The position numbers and the translations under genes were made by a program. Below, piece by piece: positions 5,623-14,337 of a DNA stretch of 38,204 bases. The first letter of the stretch is position 1, and every line of letters begins with the position of its first letter. The notes below the pieces were generated by a model that saw only the letters and a list, made by a program, of their open reading frames with translations, ran no database searches and was not told the origin of the DNA. Source of the DNA: a virus; the IMG/VR virus record IMGVR_UViG_3300045988_097215, positions 1 to 38,204 of that record. One strand, written 5' to 3'.

Positions 5623-7977
5623 CTAGTCTCTCCTTTCGTAGTACCGCTGGCGGCCGTATGGCCGTATCGTGATTCTGTCTTTTTTTGACCGGCGCCAGTC
5701 TTTCAGACCGGCCATGATGTCTCGGATTTCCTTGCCCGCGTACCGGTCGTACCGGTCCGGGTTGCCGCCTAGGGCCTCCGCCCATATCTCCATGGTGCAG
5801 ACGATCCGGCGCTTTACGGTGCCCTCGCCGCCTGTCTCCAGCCATGCCCGGCGGGCGTATAGGTCCATAGCGTCCCAGTCCTCCGGCAGCAGCCTGTCCA
5901 GGTAGTCGGCCACCAGGCCGGCCCGGGGGTTTTCCTCCTCGTATAGGTCCTGGATCTCTCGGGCCGCTTCCTCCAGCTCGCGGGGAAGAAATAGCTCCTC
6001 GCCTGCCTTGTATAGCTCCACGGCCTCGCCCCATATCTGCCGCACCGTCTCAGGGGTCAGCTCGTCCCAGATGCTATGGGTGGGTGTTCCGGGGGTGTCC
6101 ACTACCCAGAAGCGCCGGTTTCCGGTTGCGTCCCGGAGGAACTGGGTCTCGTTGGTCGTGGCCACAAAGATGCACTGCCGCGGGAACTCTTGCAGCCGGC
6201 GGCCATAAGCCGGCCGGAAGCGGTCCACCTGCTTGGATATGTACAGTTTGATGGTCTCGGCCTCCGCTTTGCGCATACCGGCCAGCTCGCCCACCTCCAT
6301 GATCCACACACCCATAACCTGCTCGTAGGCGTCCTTGCCCTGCATGGTCGTGAAGGTATCACTAAACCACTTTCCGCCCAGGCGGGCGATCAGGGCCGAC
6401 TTGCCCAGGCCTTGCCGGCCCCGGAGGGTCAGCATATAGTCAAATTTGCAGCCGGGGCGGTAGATCCTGGCCACCGCGGCGACCAGCGCCTTGCGGGTGA
6501 CTGCTCGGGTGTAGGGGCTGTCCTCGGCCCCCAGGTAGTCGATCAGCAGCGTCTCCACTCTGGGCACCCCGTCCCATGTGCAGCTGTCAAGGTACTCACG
6601 GACCGGGTGGAAGGACCCCTCCTGGGCGACTACGTTCACGGCGTCAAAAATGCGATCCTTGCCGCTGATGCCGTAAAAGCGCTCCAGGTAGTAGCGCAGG
6701 GCGGCGTCGTCGGCGTCCGTCCATTGGCTGGGGCTTTTGACCTGTCGCCAGGGTAGGCTTGACAGCGTGACGATGTTGTGCTCCATTTCGTTGATTGCAA
6801 TCCGGCCGGCCAGCTTGGGATCGTGCCGGAGGATGATCACCACGTTCTCAATGGTCTGAGCGATTCCGCCCTTTTCGGTGATTTTGAGCTGCTGCCTCCA
6901 GTCTGCATTTTCGACCGGCGCCGCGAAGTCCTCTGACGCCTCAGCCACTCGATCAGAGACCAGCTGGGCCTTGACCCGTTTGTCCTCTGCGGCCAGCTGG
7001 GCCATGGCCTTGTAGGACGGCCGGGAACTTGCCGGGGTGTCCGGAGCGGTGTCCGCGTCCAGGGCGCCGTACTTGTGCAGCCGGACCAGGTCCCAGGCGT
7101 TGCAGAGCTGCCCGCTGGCCGGATCCGTGGCATGGTGGGAAAATGAGAACTTATCCTCGTAGACCACCACGCCGGCGGCGGTGCTGCCCTCGGTGTAGGT
7201 GTACCGTCCGTCCTCGCAGGGCTGATAGGTGGGCACATACTCCGCGATAGCCTCCTGGACGGTGTAAGCTCGGCAGAAGGCGCCAACCAGGCCGCCCTTC
7301 TCCAGGGGGTCCTTTTGCTTGGCGGCGGTGCGTTTGACGATCTCGGCCACCCGGCTGCTCATGGGCCAGCTTGACACGTCTTGCCAGTTGTGGTATGTGG
7401 CCAGGACCGCGTCGGGGTCCAAAAAAGCCCCATCCAGGTGATGGTACACATAGGCCCCGTCCTGGGAGCAGCTAGGCCAGTACATGACCCGCTGGGGCTG
7501 GTAGGTGGTGTCGTCGAATTTGTCAATACCCAGGGTATTGGCCACCCTGCGGCCTATGGCCTGGTACTCGTCGGGCGTGACGTTGCGGGCCAGGGGCACC
7601 ACAAGACGCAGGCGGGGCTTCTCGGGGGTGTGCTTATGGGTGGAGTACACCGCCGCGGCGTTGCCGTAGAGGAGCCCCCAGTCGTCCCAGAGCGCCCCGT
7701 CCGCGTAGTCAGCGTCCAGGCAGAGCACGGACCGGAAGCGGATATCTGAGCGGTTGCCGTTGTTGCAGTAGCCGCCCACAAAGCCGCCCACGTCTTTGAT
7801 GTTGCTCTGCTGGTCTTTGGTCATGGCGCGATACTCAGCCAGGGTCTCAGACGTCCGGGTGGGTTGGGCCATACGGTCCAGCAGCTCGGACCAGAGGACC
7901 GGCTTGTTTTTCCAGGTCTTGGTCTTGCGGCTGTTGCCCAGGGCTATGTCCAGTTTTTTGTCGTTCAGGACGTCCAT
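5623..7977 (-). CDS. Primase/helicase, VirE (virulence-associated protein E) / P4-D5-like
   Basis: 784 aa. N-terminal primase-like region and C-terminal P-loop (LRGRQGLGKS) with Walker B-like VWIMEVGEL. AAGGAGG SD. Confidence 0.8.
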   Translation of the reverse strand: MDVLNDKKLDIALGNSRKTKTWKNKPVLWSELLDRMAQPTRTSETLAEYRAMTKDQQSNIKDVGGFVGGYCNNGNRSDIRFRSVLCLDADYADGALWDDWGLLYGNAAAVYSTHKHTPEKPRLRLVVPLARNVTPDEYQAIGRRVANTLGIDKFDDTTYQPQRVMYWPSCSQDGAYVYHHLDGAFLDPDAVLATYHNWQDVSSWPMSSRVAEIVKRTAAKQKDPLEKGGLVGAFCRAYTVQEAIAEYVPTYQPCEDGRYTYTEGSTAAGVVVYEDKFSFSHHATDPASGQLCNAWDLVRLHKYGALDADTAPDTPASSRPSYKAMAQLAAEDKRVKAQLVSDRVAEASEDFAAPVENADWRQQLKITEKGGIAQTIENVVIILRHDPKLAGRIAINEMEHNIVTLSSLPWRQVKSPSQWTDADDAALRYYLERFYGISGKDRIFDAVNVVAQEGSFHPVREYLDSCTWDGVPRVETLLIDYLGAEDSPYTRAVTRKALVAAVARIYRPGCKFDYMLTLRGRQGLGKSALIARLGGKWFSDTFTTMQGKDAYEQVMGVWIMEVGELAGMRKAEAETIKLYISKQVDRFRPAYGRRLQEFPRQCIFVATTNETQFLRDATGNRRFWVVDTPGTPTHSIWDELTPETVRQIWGEAVELYKAGEELFLPRELEEAAREIQDLYEEENPRAGLVADYLDRLLPEDWDAMDLYARRAWLETGGEGTVKRRIVCTMEIWAEALGGNPDRYDRYAGKEIRDIMAGLKDWRRSKKDRITIRPYGRQRYYERRD

Positions 7978-7996
7978 TGTCGCCCCTCCTTCTCGT

Positions 7997-8713
7997 TTAC
8001 TCAGTCAGCAGCGTGTCCAGGGTATCGGCTATGCGCTTCTCCGCGATTTCGTGGTACTCTCTGTTCAGCTCAAAGCCGATGTATCGCCGCCCGGTCTGCA
8101 AGCAGGCCACCGCGGTGGTGCCGCTGCCCATGAACGTGTCCAGGACAATGGCGCCGGGGTCAGAGCAGTCCTCGATCATTTTTTTGATCAGCGCCAGAGG
8201 CTTTTGCGTCGGATGGACTTTTTCGCCGTCTGTGCTTCTCGCGCCGGAGCAAAACGCTGCCTCGCGCCATACGTTTGTCCCGACCCCGCCCTTGGTCTTA
8301 GATAGGCGGGTCCCGAAAATAATCAGCTCATGGGCATAGCTGTAAAAGCTGCCGGGGCCGCTCTTTTTGTCCCAGACGATCAGATTGCGAACGGGAAGCG
8401 CGGCGTTGATCAGCGGGAAGTAGTAGGCATACCCGCGCCAGTCGGTAAAGAAGTAAAAGCTGCCGGTTTCTTTCAACACGCGGCTGTATTCCGCGAAAAG
8501 CTGACGGTAGAAAGGAGTACAGATCGCCAGGTCGTTGAAGGTCCGGTTACTGGTCAGCTGTGCCGACCTGGCGTTGTCTCGGGCGCCCGCGTGCCCCATG
8601 CTCAGGAAGTATGGAGGATCTGTTACTATCAGGTCCACGGAGGCGTCCGGAACTTGTTGCAGCCCTTCCAGGCAGTCCACGTTGTCGATGTAGTTTACTC
8701 GCAAAGGTCTCAC
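7997..8713 (-). CDS. DNA methyltransferase, N6A/N4C type, beta-class (second copy)
   Basis: IVTDPPYF precedes DTFMGSGTTAVA. GTG start directly behind an AAGGAGG SD. Confidence 0.85.
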   Translation of the reverse strand: MRPLRVNYIDNVDCLEGLQQVPDASVDLIVTDPPYFLSMGHAGARDNARSAQLTSNRTFNDLAICTPFYRQLFAEYSRVLKETGSFYFFTDWRGYAYYFPLINAALPVRNLIVWDKKSGPGSFYSYAHELIIFGTRLSKTKGGVGTNVWREAAFCSGARSTDGEKVHPTQKPLALIKKMIEDCSDPGAIVLDTFMGSGTTAVACLQTGRRYIGFELNREYHEIAEKRIADTLDTLLTE

Positions 8714-8717
8714 CTCC

Positions 8718-8897
8718 TTAGTCGTGCTTTCTCACTGCGTTACTTTGCCCCATGCTCAGGAGCTTCCGCAGCCCTTTGAGGGCGGCGTCTCCGTCACCTG
8801 CCAGGACCTGGCCCCGGAGGGTCCGGTATTGCTGGACCGTCAAACGGTCCCGGCAGGCTTTAATCTGGATGAGTGCTTTCACGTCGATGGGTTTCAT
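8718..8897 (-). CDS. Hypothetical small protein of 59 aa, just below the ORF-track cutoff
   Basis: ATG 8897 to TAA 8718. Sequence starts MKPIDVKALIQIKACRDRLTVQQYRTLRGQVLAGDGDAALKGLRKLL. It fills the only gap between the polymerase and methyltransferase genes. Confidence 0.55.
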   Translation of the reverse strand: MKPIDVKALIQIKACRDRLTVQQYRTLRGQVLAGDGDAALKGLRKLLSMGQSNAVRKHD

Positions 8898-8902
8898 ATG
8901 TA

Positions 8903-10867
8903 TCAGTCCTTTTTGTAAAATGGTGTGTCGTAGCCGTCGGCCGTCAGCAGCAGCCCGGGGGCCCAGCTAATTGGTCGGCCCATGATCTCGGCCATATCCT
9001 CCCAGCGGCTGCCCTGCGGCGCCTCGGCGATAATCTCGTCGTGCACGTGGAAAATGATCTGGTAGCCGGCGGCGTCCAGGCGTACCATGGCGGTGGCCAG
9101 GCAATCCCTAGCGTATGCCTGGACGATGTTCTCCACCAGCTTGCCGCCCCAGGTGGAGGTCTTTTCCCATTTCCGGGTGGTCTGATTCTGGCCCATAAAG
9201 CATATGGAGCCGTCGGTGTCAAGTCGGGCGCCCCAGTAGGATAGGACCCGGCCGCTGGGGAGAATGCAGCGCAGCGCGTCAGCGTCGGAGCGGTACTTTA
9301 TCCCGCAGCTTATGATTGCCATAGCTCGGCCCGGTGTGCCCAGTGCCAGCTTGGCGGCCTGCTCGGTTGCTCGCCAGAAGCGGGGGATGGTCGGAGACGC
9401 TTGCCGCCATTGGGTGACGATGTGCTGCATCTCGTCCTCGGTGAGGCCCATCTTGTCAGCCCCGAAGGCTTTCAGGGCTGCGACCCCGCCGCCGTACCCG
9501 CAGGCCAGCTCCGCGATCTTGCCCTTTTGCCTCAGATGGCCGTTGACCCCGTGCTTTTCTACCGGCACCTTGAACATGGCCGACGCGCTGCTGCAATAGA
9601 TGTCCCCGCCCCGGGCGAATACGTCCATGCGCCATTTTTCACCGGCCAGGTAGGCGATCACGCGGGCCTCAATGGCCGAATAGTCGGCCACCAGGAGGGT
9701 GTGCCCCGCCTTGGCGATCAGCGCCGTGCGGATTAGCTGAGACAGTACGTCGGGCACGTTGTCGTAGATCATTTCCAGGGATTCCAGGTCCCTGGCCCGG
9801 ACGATCTCCCGCACCGCCTCGATGTGGTCCAGGTGGTTCTGGGGGAGGTTCTGGGGCTGGACGATTCTCCCGGCCCAGCGTCCGGTCCGGCCGGCGCCGT
9901 AGTATTGCATGATCCCCCGGACCCGGTTGTCGGTGCAGGCGGCGGCCAGCATGGCCTGGTACTTTTTGGTGGACGTCTTGCCCAGCAGCTGCCTCAGCTC
10001 CAGCACCCGGCGGGTGGTAGGATCCGTGGCAGCGCCGCGGAGATCTTGCACCGCGGCCTTGTCCAGGCTGTCCACCTCCAGGCCCACGCCGGCCAGCCAG
10101 TCCTTGAGCTGGGCCACGCTGTTGGGGTTGTTCAGCCCGGTGAGGCGCTGCATCTCGGCGGCGTGGTCCGTGGTAAATGCCTCATCCACCGCGATAGCCG
10201 CCTCGGCCAGCTCCGTGTCGATCAGGACCCCCCTCTCGTTGATACGGGCGTCCAGGGCCCAGACGTGACGCTCGAAGGCCGTCACCGGATACCCTCGCAG
10301 CCGGTAGTAGATGGCCTGCTCGACCTCTACGTCGCGGCGGCAGTACTCCACAAAGCGCTCCCACTTGTCCGGGGCGTGGTCCGGTAGGTTCCGGGTCCGG
10401 CCGCCGTTGGCGATAGTCGGCCGGCAGGGCCGGCAGAAGTAGGAGATCAGGCTGGTGCCCTCTTTGATCTTCTGGTCCTTTAGCCGTAGGGCGGCCCCCG
10501 CGGCGTCCAGGCTCATGGGTAGGCCGTTCATGGCGGCCAGGATCATGGTATCCTCCCACTCCTCCGGCGGGAGGTCCTGCCCCAGCCACTCGCTGAGGCA
10601 GGCCCGCTCAAAGGCACTGTTGTGGGCGACCTTGACCACGTCGGGGTTGGTGATAGCCGCATAAATGGCGGACAGCTCGTCCAGATCCCCGTCTGGCGCT
10701 GTCAGGTCCAGCACCCGCACCGGCTCGTCGTCCCAGGCGTATGCCAGCAGCAGGATCTCAAAGTCCGGGGATTCGACATACTTATATACTCCGGTTTTGC
10801 TGATATCCGCGCTGCTGTACGTCTCTAGGTCGATAAGGAGCCGGCGGCGGTCACATGAGGAAGTCAT
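8903..10867 (-). CDS. Family A DNA polymerase with 3'-5' exonuclease domain
   Basis: Exo I LIDLETYS, Exo II HNSAFE, Pol motif A ADYSAIEARV, motif B RQKGKIAELACGYGG, motif C HVHDEI. Confidence 0.92.
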   Translation of the reverse strand: MTSSCDRRRLLIDLETYSSADISKTGVYKYVESPDFEILLLAYAWDDEPVRVLDLTAPDGDLDELSAIYAAITNPDVVKVAHNSAFERACLSEWLGQDLPPEEWEDTMILAAMNGLPMSLDAAGAALRLKDQKIKEGTSLISYFCRPCRPTIANGGRTRNLPDHAPDKWERFVEYCRRDVEVEQAIYYRLRGYPVTAFERHVWALDARINERGVLIDTELAEAAIAVDEAFTTDHAAEMQRLTGLNNPNSVAQLKDWLAGVGLEVDSLDKAAVQDLRGAATDPTTRRVLELRQLLGKTSTKKYQAMLAAACTDNRVRGIMQYYGAGRTGRWAGRIVQPQNLPQNHLDHIEAVREIVRARDLESLEMIYDNVPDVLSQLIRTALIAKAGHTLLVADYSAIEARVIAYLAGEKWRMDVFARGGDIYCSSASAMFKVPVEKHGVNGHLRQKGKIAELACGYGGGVAALKAFGADKMGLTEDEMQHIVTQWRQASPTIPRFWRATEQAAKLALGTPGRAMAIISCGIKYRSDADALRCILPSGRVLSYWGARLDTDGSICFMGQNQTTRKWEKTSTWGGKLVENIVQAYARDCLATAMVRLDAAGYQIIFHVHDEIIAEAPQGSRWEDMAEIMGRPISWAPGLLLTADGYDTPFYKKD

Positions 10868-11411
10868 CGGTGGCCCCGTCGCTGTAGCCGTCGTCGAAGT
10901 CGTCTGCGCTGCCCATATTGCCGCCCAGAGGATCGCCGTCGTGGAGCTTCTGCACGCTCAGGAGGCCGGCGCTGATGCCCTTCTTGCCGTTTTTGCTGTA
11001 GCCGTAGAAGTTGATGGAGGCCCGGCCATAGCAGCCGCTGTATACCTCCACTGGGCTGGTGATATCGTTCCGGAAGGCGTCCACGATAACGGGCTTTTGT
11101 TTGCTGCTCACGGTGATCACATAGCAGCCCTTACACTCGGGGCCGAACTCCTCGCCGCTGTCGCGCATACCGTCGCCGTCGTGCAGGGTATGGTTGGGCT
11201 TGGCGGGCAGAGCGTTGGCGCCGTTTCGGCTGCAAAAATTCTCACGCGCCTCGGCAATGGCGGTCTTGATCTTGCCCAGTGTCTGGGTGTCGCTTTTAGG
11301 TATCAGCAGGGTAACGCTGTACTTGGGGTCCCCGCCGCCCTGGGGCTCCTGGGGCTCGAAAATATGACAGTAGGAAAAACGTACTTTACCGGTTACTACT
11401 TTAGTGCTCAT
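10851..11411 (-). CDS. DUF2815-family protein (phage SSB-like)
   Basis: 186 aa. The N-terminus MSTKVVTGKVRFSY is typical of DUF2815, and the acidic C-terminal tip (DDFDDGYSDGATDDFLM) resembles SSB tails. It lies between DUF2800 and PolA, as in the conserved module. Confidence 0.75.
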   Translation of the reverse strand: MSTKVVTGKVRFSYCHIFEPQEPQGGGDPKYSVTLLIPKSDTQTLGKIKTAIAEARENFCSRNGANALPAKPNHTLHDGDGMRDSGEEFGPECKGCYVITVSSKQKPVIVDAFRNDITSPVEVYSGCYGRASINFYGYSKNGKKGISAGLLSVQKLHDGDPLGGNMGSADDFDDGYSDGATDDFLM

Positions 11412-11496
11412 ATTTTTTTATCTCCTTTACGTTTGTATATTGGTTCAATTTGCCACGGAGCCGCGCTTGGATTAGCTCGTACTCCTTGGGCGTCAT
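11401..11496 (-). CDS. Possible 31-aa ORF
   Basis: ATGA-coupled to the 51-aa ORF. Sequence MTPKEYELIQARLRGKLNQYTNVKEIKKYEH. It has no SD of its own and overlaps the DUF2815 start by 11 nt. Confidence 0.25.
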   Translation of the reverse strand: MTPKEYELIQARLRGKLNQYTNVKEIKKYEH

Positions 11497-11648
11497 GCTT
11501 GGGTGACTTTCCTCCAGTACTCGGCGAACTTGCTGGGGATTTTCAGGCCGTGCCGGTCTTTCCTCGGCTTGTTGAGATTGCCCATGCCGGCCTTTTCCAG
11601 GCGGGCGTGGAGGATGGAGCGTTTAAAGGTGCGTAGCATATTAGCCAT
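11493..11648 (-). CDS. Small basic protein of 51 aa, absent from the ORF track
   Basis: ATG 11648 immediately follows the TAA of the upstream gene, with AAGGAGG 5 nt upstream. Sequence MANMLRTFKRSILHARLEKAGMGNLNKPRKDRHGLKIPSKFAEYWRKVTQA. Confidence 0.5.
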   Translation of the reverse strand: MANMLRTFKRSILHARLEKAGMGNLNKPRKDRHGLKIPSKFAEYWRKVTQA

Positions 11649-11951
11649 TTAGGCCTCCTTGGTGTTTTTGATGATTTTCCCGCGGCAGTTGGCCGCGCTG
11701 GTGGATGATAAAAGTGCTTTCAGGCTCTCAATCTCGCCACGCTGGGCGGCAATGGTGCGCTCCTGCTCCTCCCGGCGGGTCTTTTCTACTTCGTAGTTAG
11801 TGAGGACACTGTCCAACACCTTGTTGTGGGTCGCCTCCATGCGCTGCTCGCGTCGGGCTGCGGCTTGGTCGCTCTTGTACTTCTCGACGACGCTCCATAC
11901 GGATATGGCCAGGGCCAGGAGCATAAAGAGGATTTCCCTAGTTGTCGGCAT
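11649..11951 (-). CDS. Hypothetical membrane-anchored coiled-coil protein
   Basis: 100 aa. N-terminal TM helix (ILFMLLALAISVWSVV) followed by a charged coiled coil. GAGGAGG SD. Confidence 0.7.
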   Translation of the reverse strand: MPTTREILFMLLALAISVWSVVEKYKSDQAAARREQRMEATHNKVLDSVLTNYEVEKTRREEQERTIAAQRGEIESLKALLSSTSAANCRGKIIKNTKEA

Positions 11952-13116
11952 TGGGCGCCTCCTCGAAGTCTTTCAGGGCCTCGGCTTTGCGGTCGTAGAC
12001 CGGCCGCTTGTCCGTCTCCGGGGCCAGTGTCGGCGCCCCGGCGCGCTTCTCGATCTGTTCAGCCAGCAGCTCGGCGGCCTTTTTCTTGCCGATGGCCTTC
12101 TCCATCTTGGCCACGGACAGGAGCGACGTCTCGGTGATGTCCTCCCGGCTGTACCCGGCCTCCTGGAGCAGCCTGGCCACCTGGAGCTCGTCCACCCAGG
12201 CGCGGGATCCGCGGCCCTCCACCACCTTGTAGCCGGGGACCTCGCCCCCGTCCAGGAGGGTGCTCAGGGCCTGGTCTCGGACCCGCTTGAGCCAAAGGGA
12301 GACAAGGGGCTCCATGCGCAGCACGTCGGCCACCTCGTAAGGCGCCAGTACCGGCACGGCCACCCGCAGCTGGTGGGTCTGGACGTACTCGGTGCAGGTC
12401 TTGGTCAGCTCCCGGCAGCGGCCGGCGTGGGGACAAAACTTACACCAGTCACCGGCGCAGTATTTTCCCTTGCCCTTGGCCGCCTGCTTGGCGACGGGCT
12501 TTACCGTTTTATCGCCCCAGGCCAGCAGCTCCTCGGCCGGCAGCGCGAAGGCGCTGACGTTGTTGATTCTCGGCTGGTAGATATGCAGGCGGACGTGCTT
12601 GACGTCATAGGCCAGGCCGTAGTCGTTCAGAGCGCCCAGACCGTAAAGCTGCTCCTGGGGGTTGTGCTCAGCGGAGACCGCCACACCCTGGCCGTACTTG
12701 TAGTCAATCACGTCCATGGTGTCGCCCTGGAGGATAATGCAGTCCGCCGTGCCAAAGCCGTCCGGCACCCAGGGGGAGAAGTCCACCCGCTGCTCCAGCA
12801 GCACCGTGGCCGCGTCGCTCTTGATCTGCTCCTGGATATAATCCGCATAGCCCTGAGCGCATTCCAGCATCTCATAGGCATAGAGCGGGTCGGCTGCGAA
12901 GGCTCTCACGTTCTCGGGTTTCCGGCCCTCCAGGGCGGCGCGGGCGTATGCCTCGGCGATCTCGTGGGCCAGGGTCCCCTCCCGGGTGTAGTCGGTGTCC
13001 TGGTTGGGATATGCCTCAGCGGCTACGGCGGAGGGGGGACAGGCCAGCCAGCGGTGGGCGCTGGACGCGCTCAGCAGCGCATGGGCCCGGCTGCTGTGGT
13101 CGTTTAGCTCAGTCAC
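11938..13116 (-). CDS. DUF2800-family PD-(D/E)XK (Cas4-like) nuclease
   Basis: SASSAHRWLACPPS at the N-terminus, DVIDYKYG, and a C-terminal Cys cluster CAGDWCKFCPHAGRC. GTG start behind AAAGGAGG. Confidence 0.8.
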   Translation of the reverse strand: MTELNDHSSRAHALLSASSAHRWLACPPSAVAAEAYPNQDTDYTREGTLAHEIAEAYARAALEGRKPENVRAFAADPLYAYEMLECAQGYADYIQEQIKSDAATVLLEQRVDFSPWVPDGFGTADCIILQGDTMDVIDYKYGQGVAVSAEHNPQEQLYGLGALNDYGLAYDVKHVRLHIYQPRINNVSAFALPAEELLAWGDKTVKPVAKQAAKGKGKYCAGDWCKFCPHAGRCRELTKTCTEYVQTHQLRVAVPVLAPYEVADVLRMEPLVSLWLKRVRDQALSTLLDGGEVPGYKVVEGRGSRAWVDELQVARLLQEAGYSREDITETSLLSVAKMEKAIGKKKAAELLAEQIEKRAGAPTLAPETDKRPVYDRKAEALKDFEEAPNADN

Positions 13117-13198
13117 GTTTGCCGCCTCCTTTCTTTGTCGTTATCAGGGTTAAGATGATCAGCGTCACGCAGATCACGCAGACAATCTCAAAGGCCAC
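13109..13198 (-). CDS. 29-aa hydrophobic peptide, absent from the ORF track
   Basis: GTG 13198 lies 5 nt after GAGGAGGG. Sequence MAFEIVCVICVTLIILTLITTKKGGGKRD, one TM helix plus a basic tail. Its stop overlaps the DUF2800 start (GTGACTGA). Confidence 0.45.
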   Translation of the reverse strand: MAFEIVCVICVTLIILTLITTKKGGGKRD

Positions 13199-13199
13199 G

Positions 13200-13610
13200 T
13201 TAGCCCTCCTCTCTCAGGGCGATCAGCTGCTCCTGGACCTCGGCCAGGCAGCTCTTGGGCAGGCCGCTGATGCTGTCGGCGTATCGGGTGATAATCTCCC
13301 GGGCCTGGGCCTTCTTGCCGGCGGCGATTGCCTGCGCGGTCAGGGCCTGGATCTCGGAGAGGGTGACCTCCTTCTGGGGCTTGGGCTGGGCCGGTTTCGG
13401 CTGCTCCGGGGCTTTGGCCTCCTGGGATGCCGGTGCGGGCTCTGCGGGTTTCTGGGCCGTGCCAGGGGCGCCGGCGAAGTCGCTTATGGCGTTGGCCACG
13501 GTGCTGGCGCAGCGCTCGCAGTTGCGGCTGGCCGTTAGGGCGTCGAGGATAGCGTCCAGACGCTTGCGGTCCTCAGTGCTCAGGTTGACGGTTACGTTAA
13601 TCTCGTTCAT
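13200..13610 (-). CDS. Hypothetical protein with Pro/Ala/Lys-rich linker
   Basis: 136 aa, GAGGAGG SD, ATGA coupling. Confidence 0.7.
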   Translation of the reverse strand: MNEINVTVNLSTEDRKRLDAILDALTASRNCERCASTVANAISDFAGAPGTAQKPAEPAPASQEAKAPEQPKPAQPKPQKEVTLSEIQALTAQAIAAGKKAQAREIITRYADSISGLPKSCLAEVQEQLIALREEG

Positions 13611-14092
13611 TCCTCGGTTTCCTCCTCATCTTTAATTCTTACGGGGCACGCCACGCCCACGATCTCAAGCTCCTCAGAAAAGGGTTTTTCCTCGGCCACC
13701 ACACACACGGCAATGGGGATCTGTTCCTCCCGCTGGGCGGTGGTGTAGAGGGTAGGCGCCTCAAAGTTTTTCAGGACGCTGGTCTTTATGTATACCGGCG
13801 TATCCGGCCAGCGGTCCGCGATATACTTCCGGGCCTGACCTCCCAGCCGGTACTCGTCTGTACCTGTCAGCTGGACGGACTGGAAAAGGTTGGTCAGGCT
13901 GTCCCCGAATACGTTCACGGCGTTCTGGGTTCCGGCCAGGCTGACGTGCAGCTGCTTGTCGGGGATGAGGTACCCCACCACCCCGTCAACGGTGATAAAG
14001 GTCTTTTCCGTTTCGGGCACCCGGAAGGCCGATATTTTCCGCTCGGCGCATAGGGCCTTTATGATCTCCTGCTGGATCTTGGTGTGGTTCAT
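13607..14092 (-). CDS. Hypothetical protein
   Basis: 161 aa, AGGAGG SD, ATGA coupling, acidic C-terminus. Confidence 0.7.
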   Translation of the reverse strand: MNHTKIQQEIIKALCAERKISAFRVPETEKTFITVDGVVGYLIPDKQLHVSLAGTQNAVNVFGDSLTNLFQSVQLTGTDEYRLGGQARKYIADRWPDTPVYIKTSVLKNFEAPTLYTTAQREEQIPIAVCVVAEEKPFSEELEIVGVACPVRIKDEEETEE

Positions 14093-14337
14093 TTCGATTC
14101 CTCCTGTAAGCAGTGGGTAACGATCTGGGTCAGCGCCTCGCGCCGCACATGGGGGCGATCCTTAGTCGCTACCAGGAACAGGTCGGTCAGGTCCACCGCC
14201 ATGCGGTCGGGGGTAGTGCAGCCTTGGGCCAATACCCAGTGACAGTCCCCGTCATTGGATACCAGCATGACGTGCTCCGCCGTGAGCTCCTGGTCCGGTC
14301 GGTCGATGATGTTGGGGAGGTTAATAATAATTTTCAT
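14089..14337 (-). CDS. Hypothetical protein
   Basis: 82 aa, AAGGAG SD, ATGA coupling. Confidence 0.7.
   Translation of the reverse strand: MKIIINLPNIIDRPDQELTAEHVMLVSNDGDCHWVLAQGCTTPDRMAVDLTDLFLVATKDRPHVRREALTQIVTHCLQEESK

Noticed and set aside
5606-6034. 142-aa Arg/Gly/Pro-rich minus-strand ORF, plus the similar out-of-frame ORFs at 3189-3761, 6837-7286 and 12059-12436
   Set aside because: They are alternative frames of well-supported genes (VirE, SNF2, DUF2800) with a composition typical of off-frame GC-rich translation.
11800-13107. 435-aa plus-strand ORF. Similar long plus-strand ORFs lie at 10665-11636, 32038-33285, 35735-36772, 33285-34100, 28266-29063, 27015-27860 and 25924-26973.
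   Set aside because: All lie antisense to minus-strand genes with recognisable motifs. They have low-complexity Gly/Ala/Arg/Leu/Val-rich translations typical of shadow ORFs in GC-rich DNA, and they lack SD sequences.
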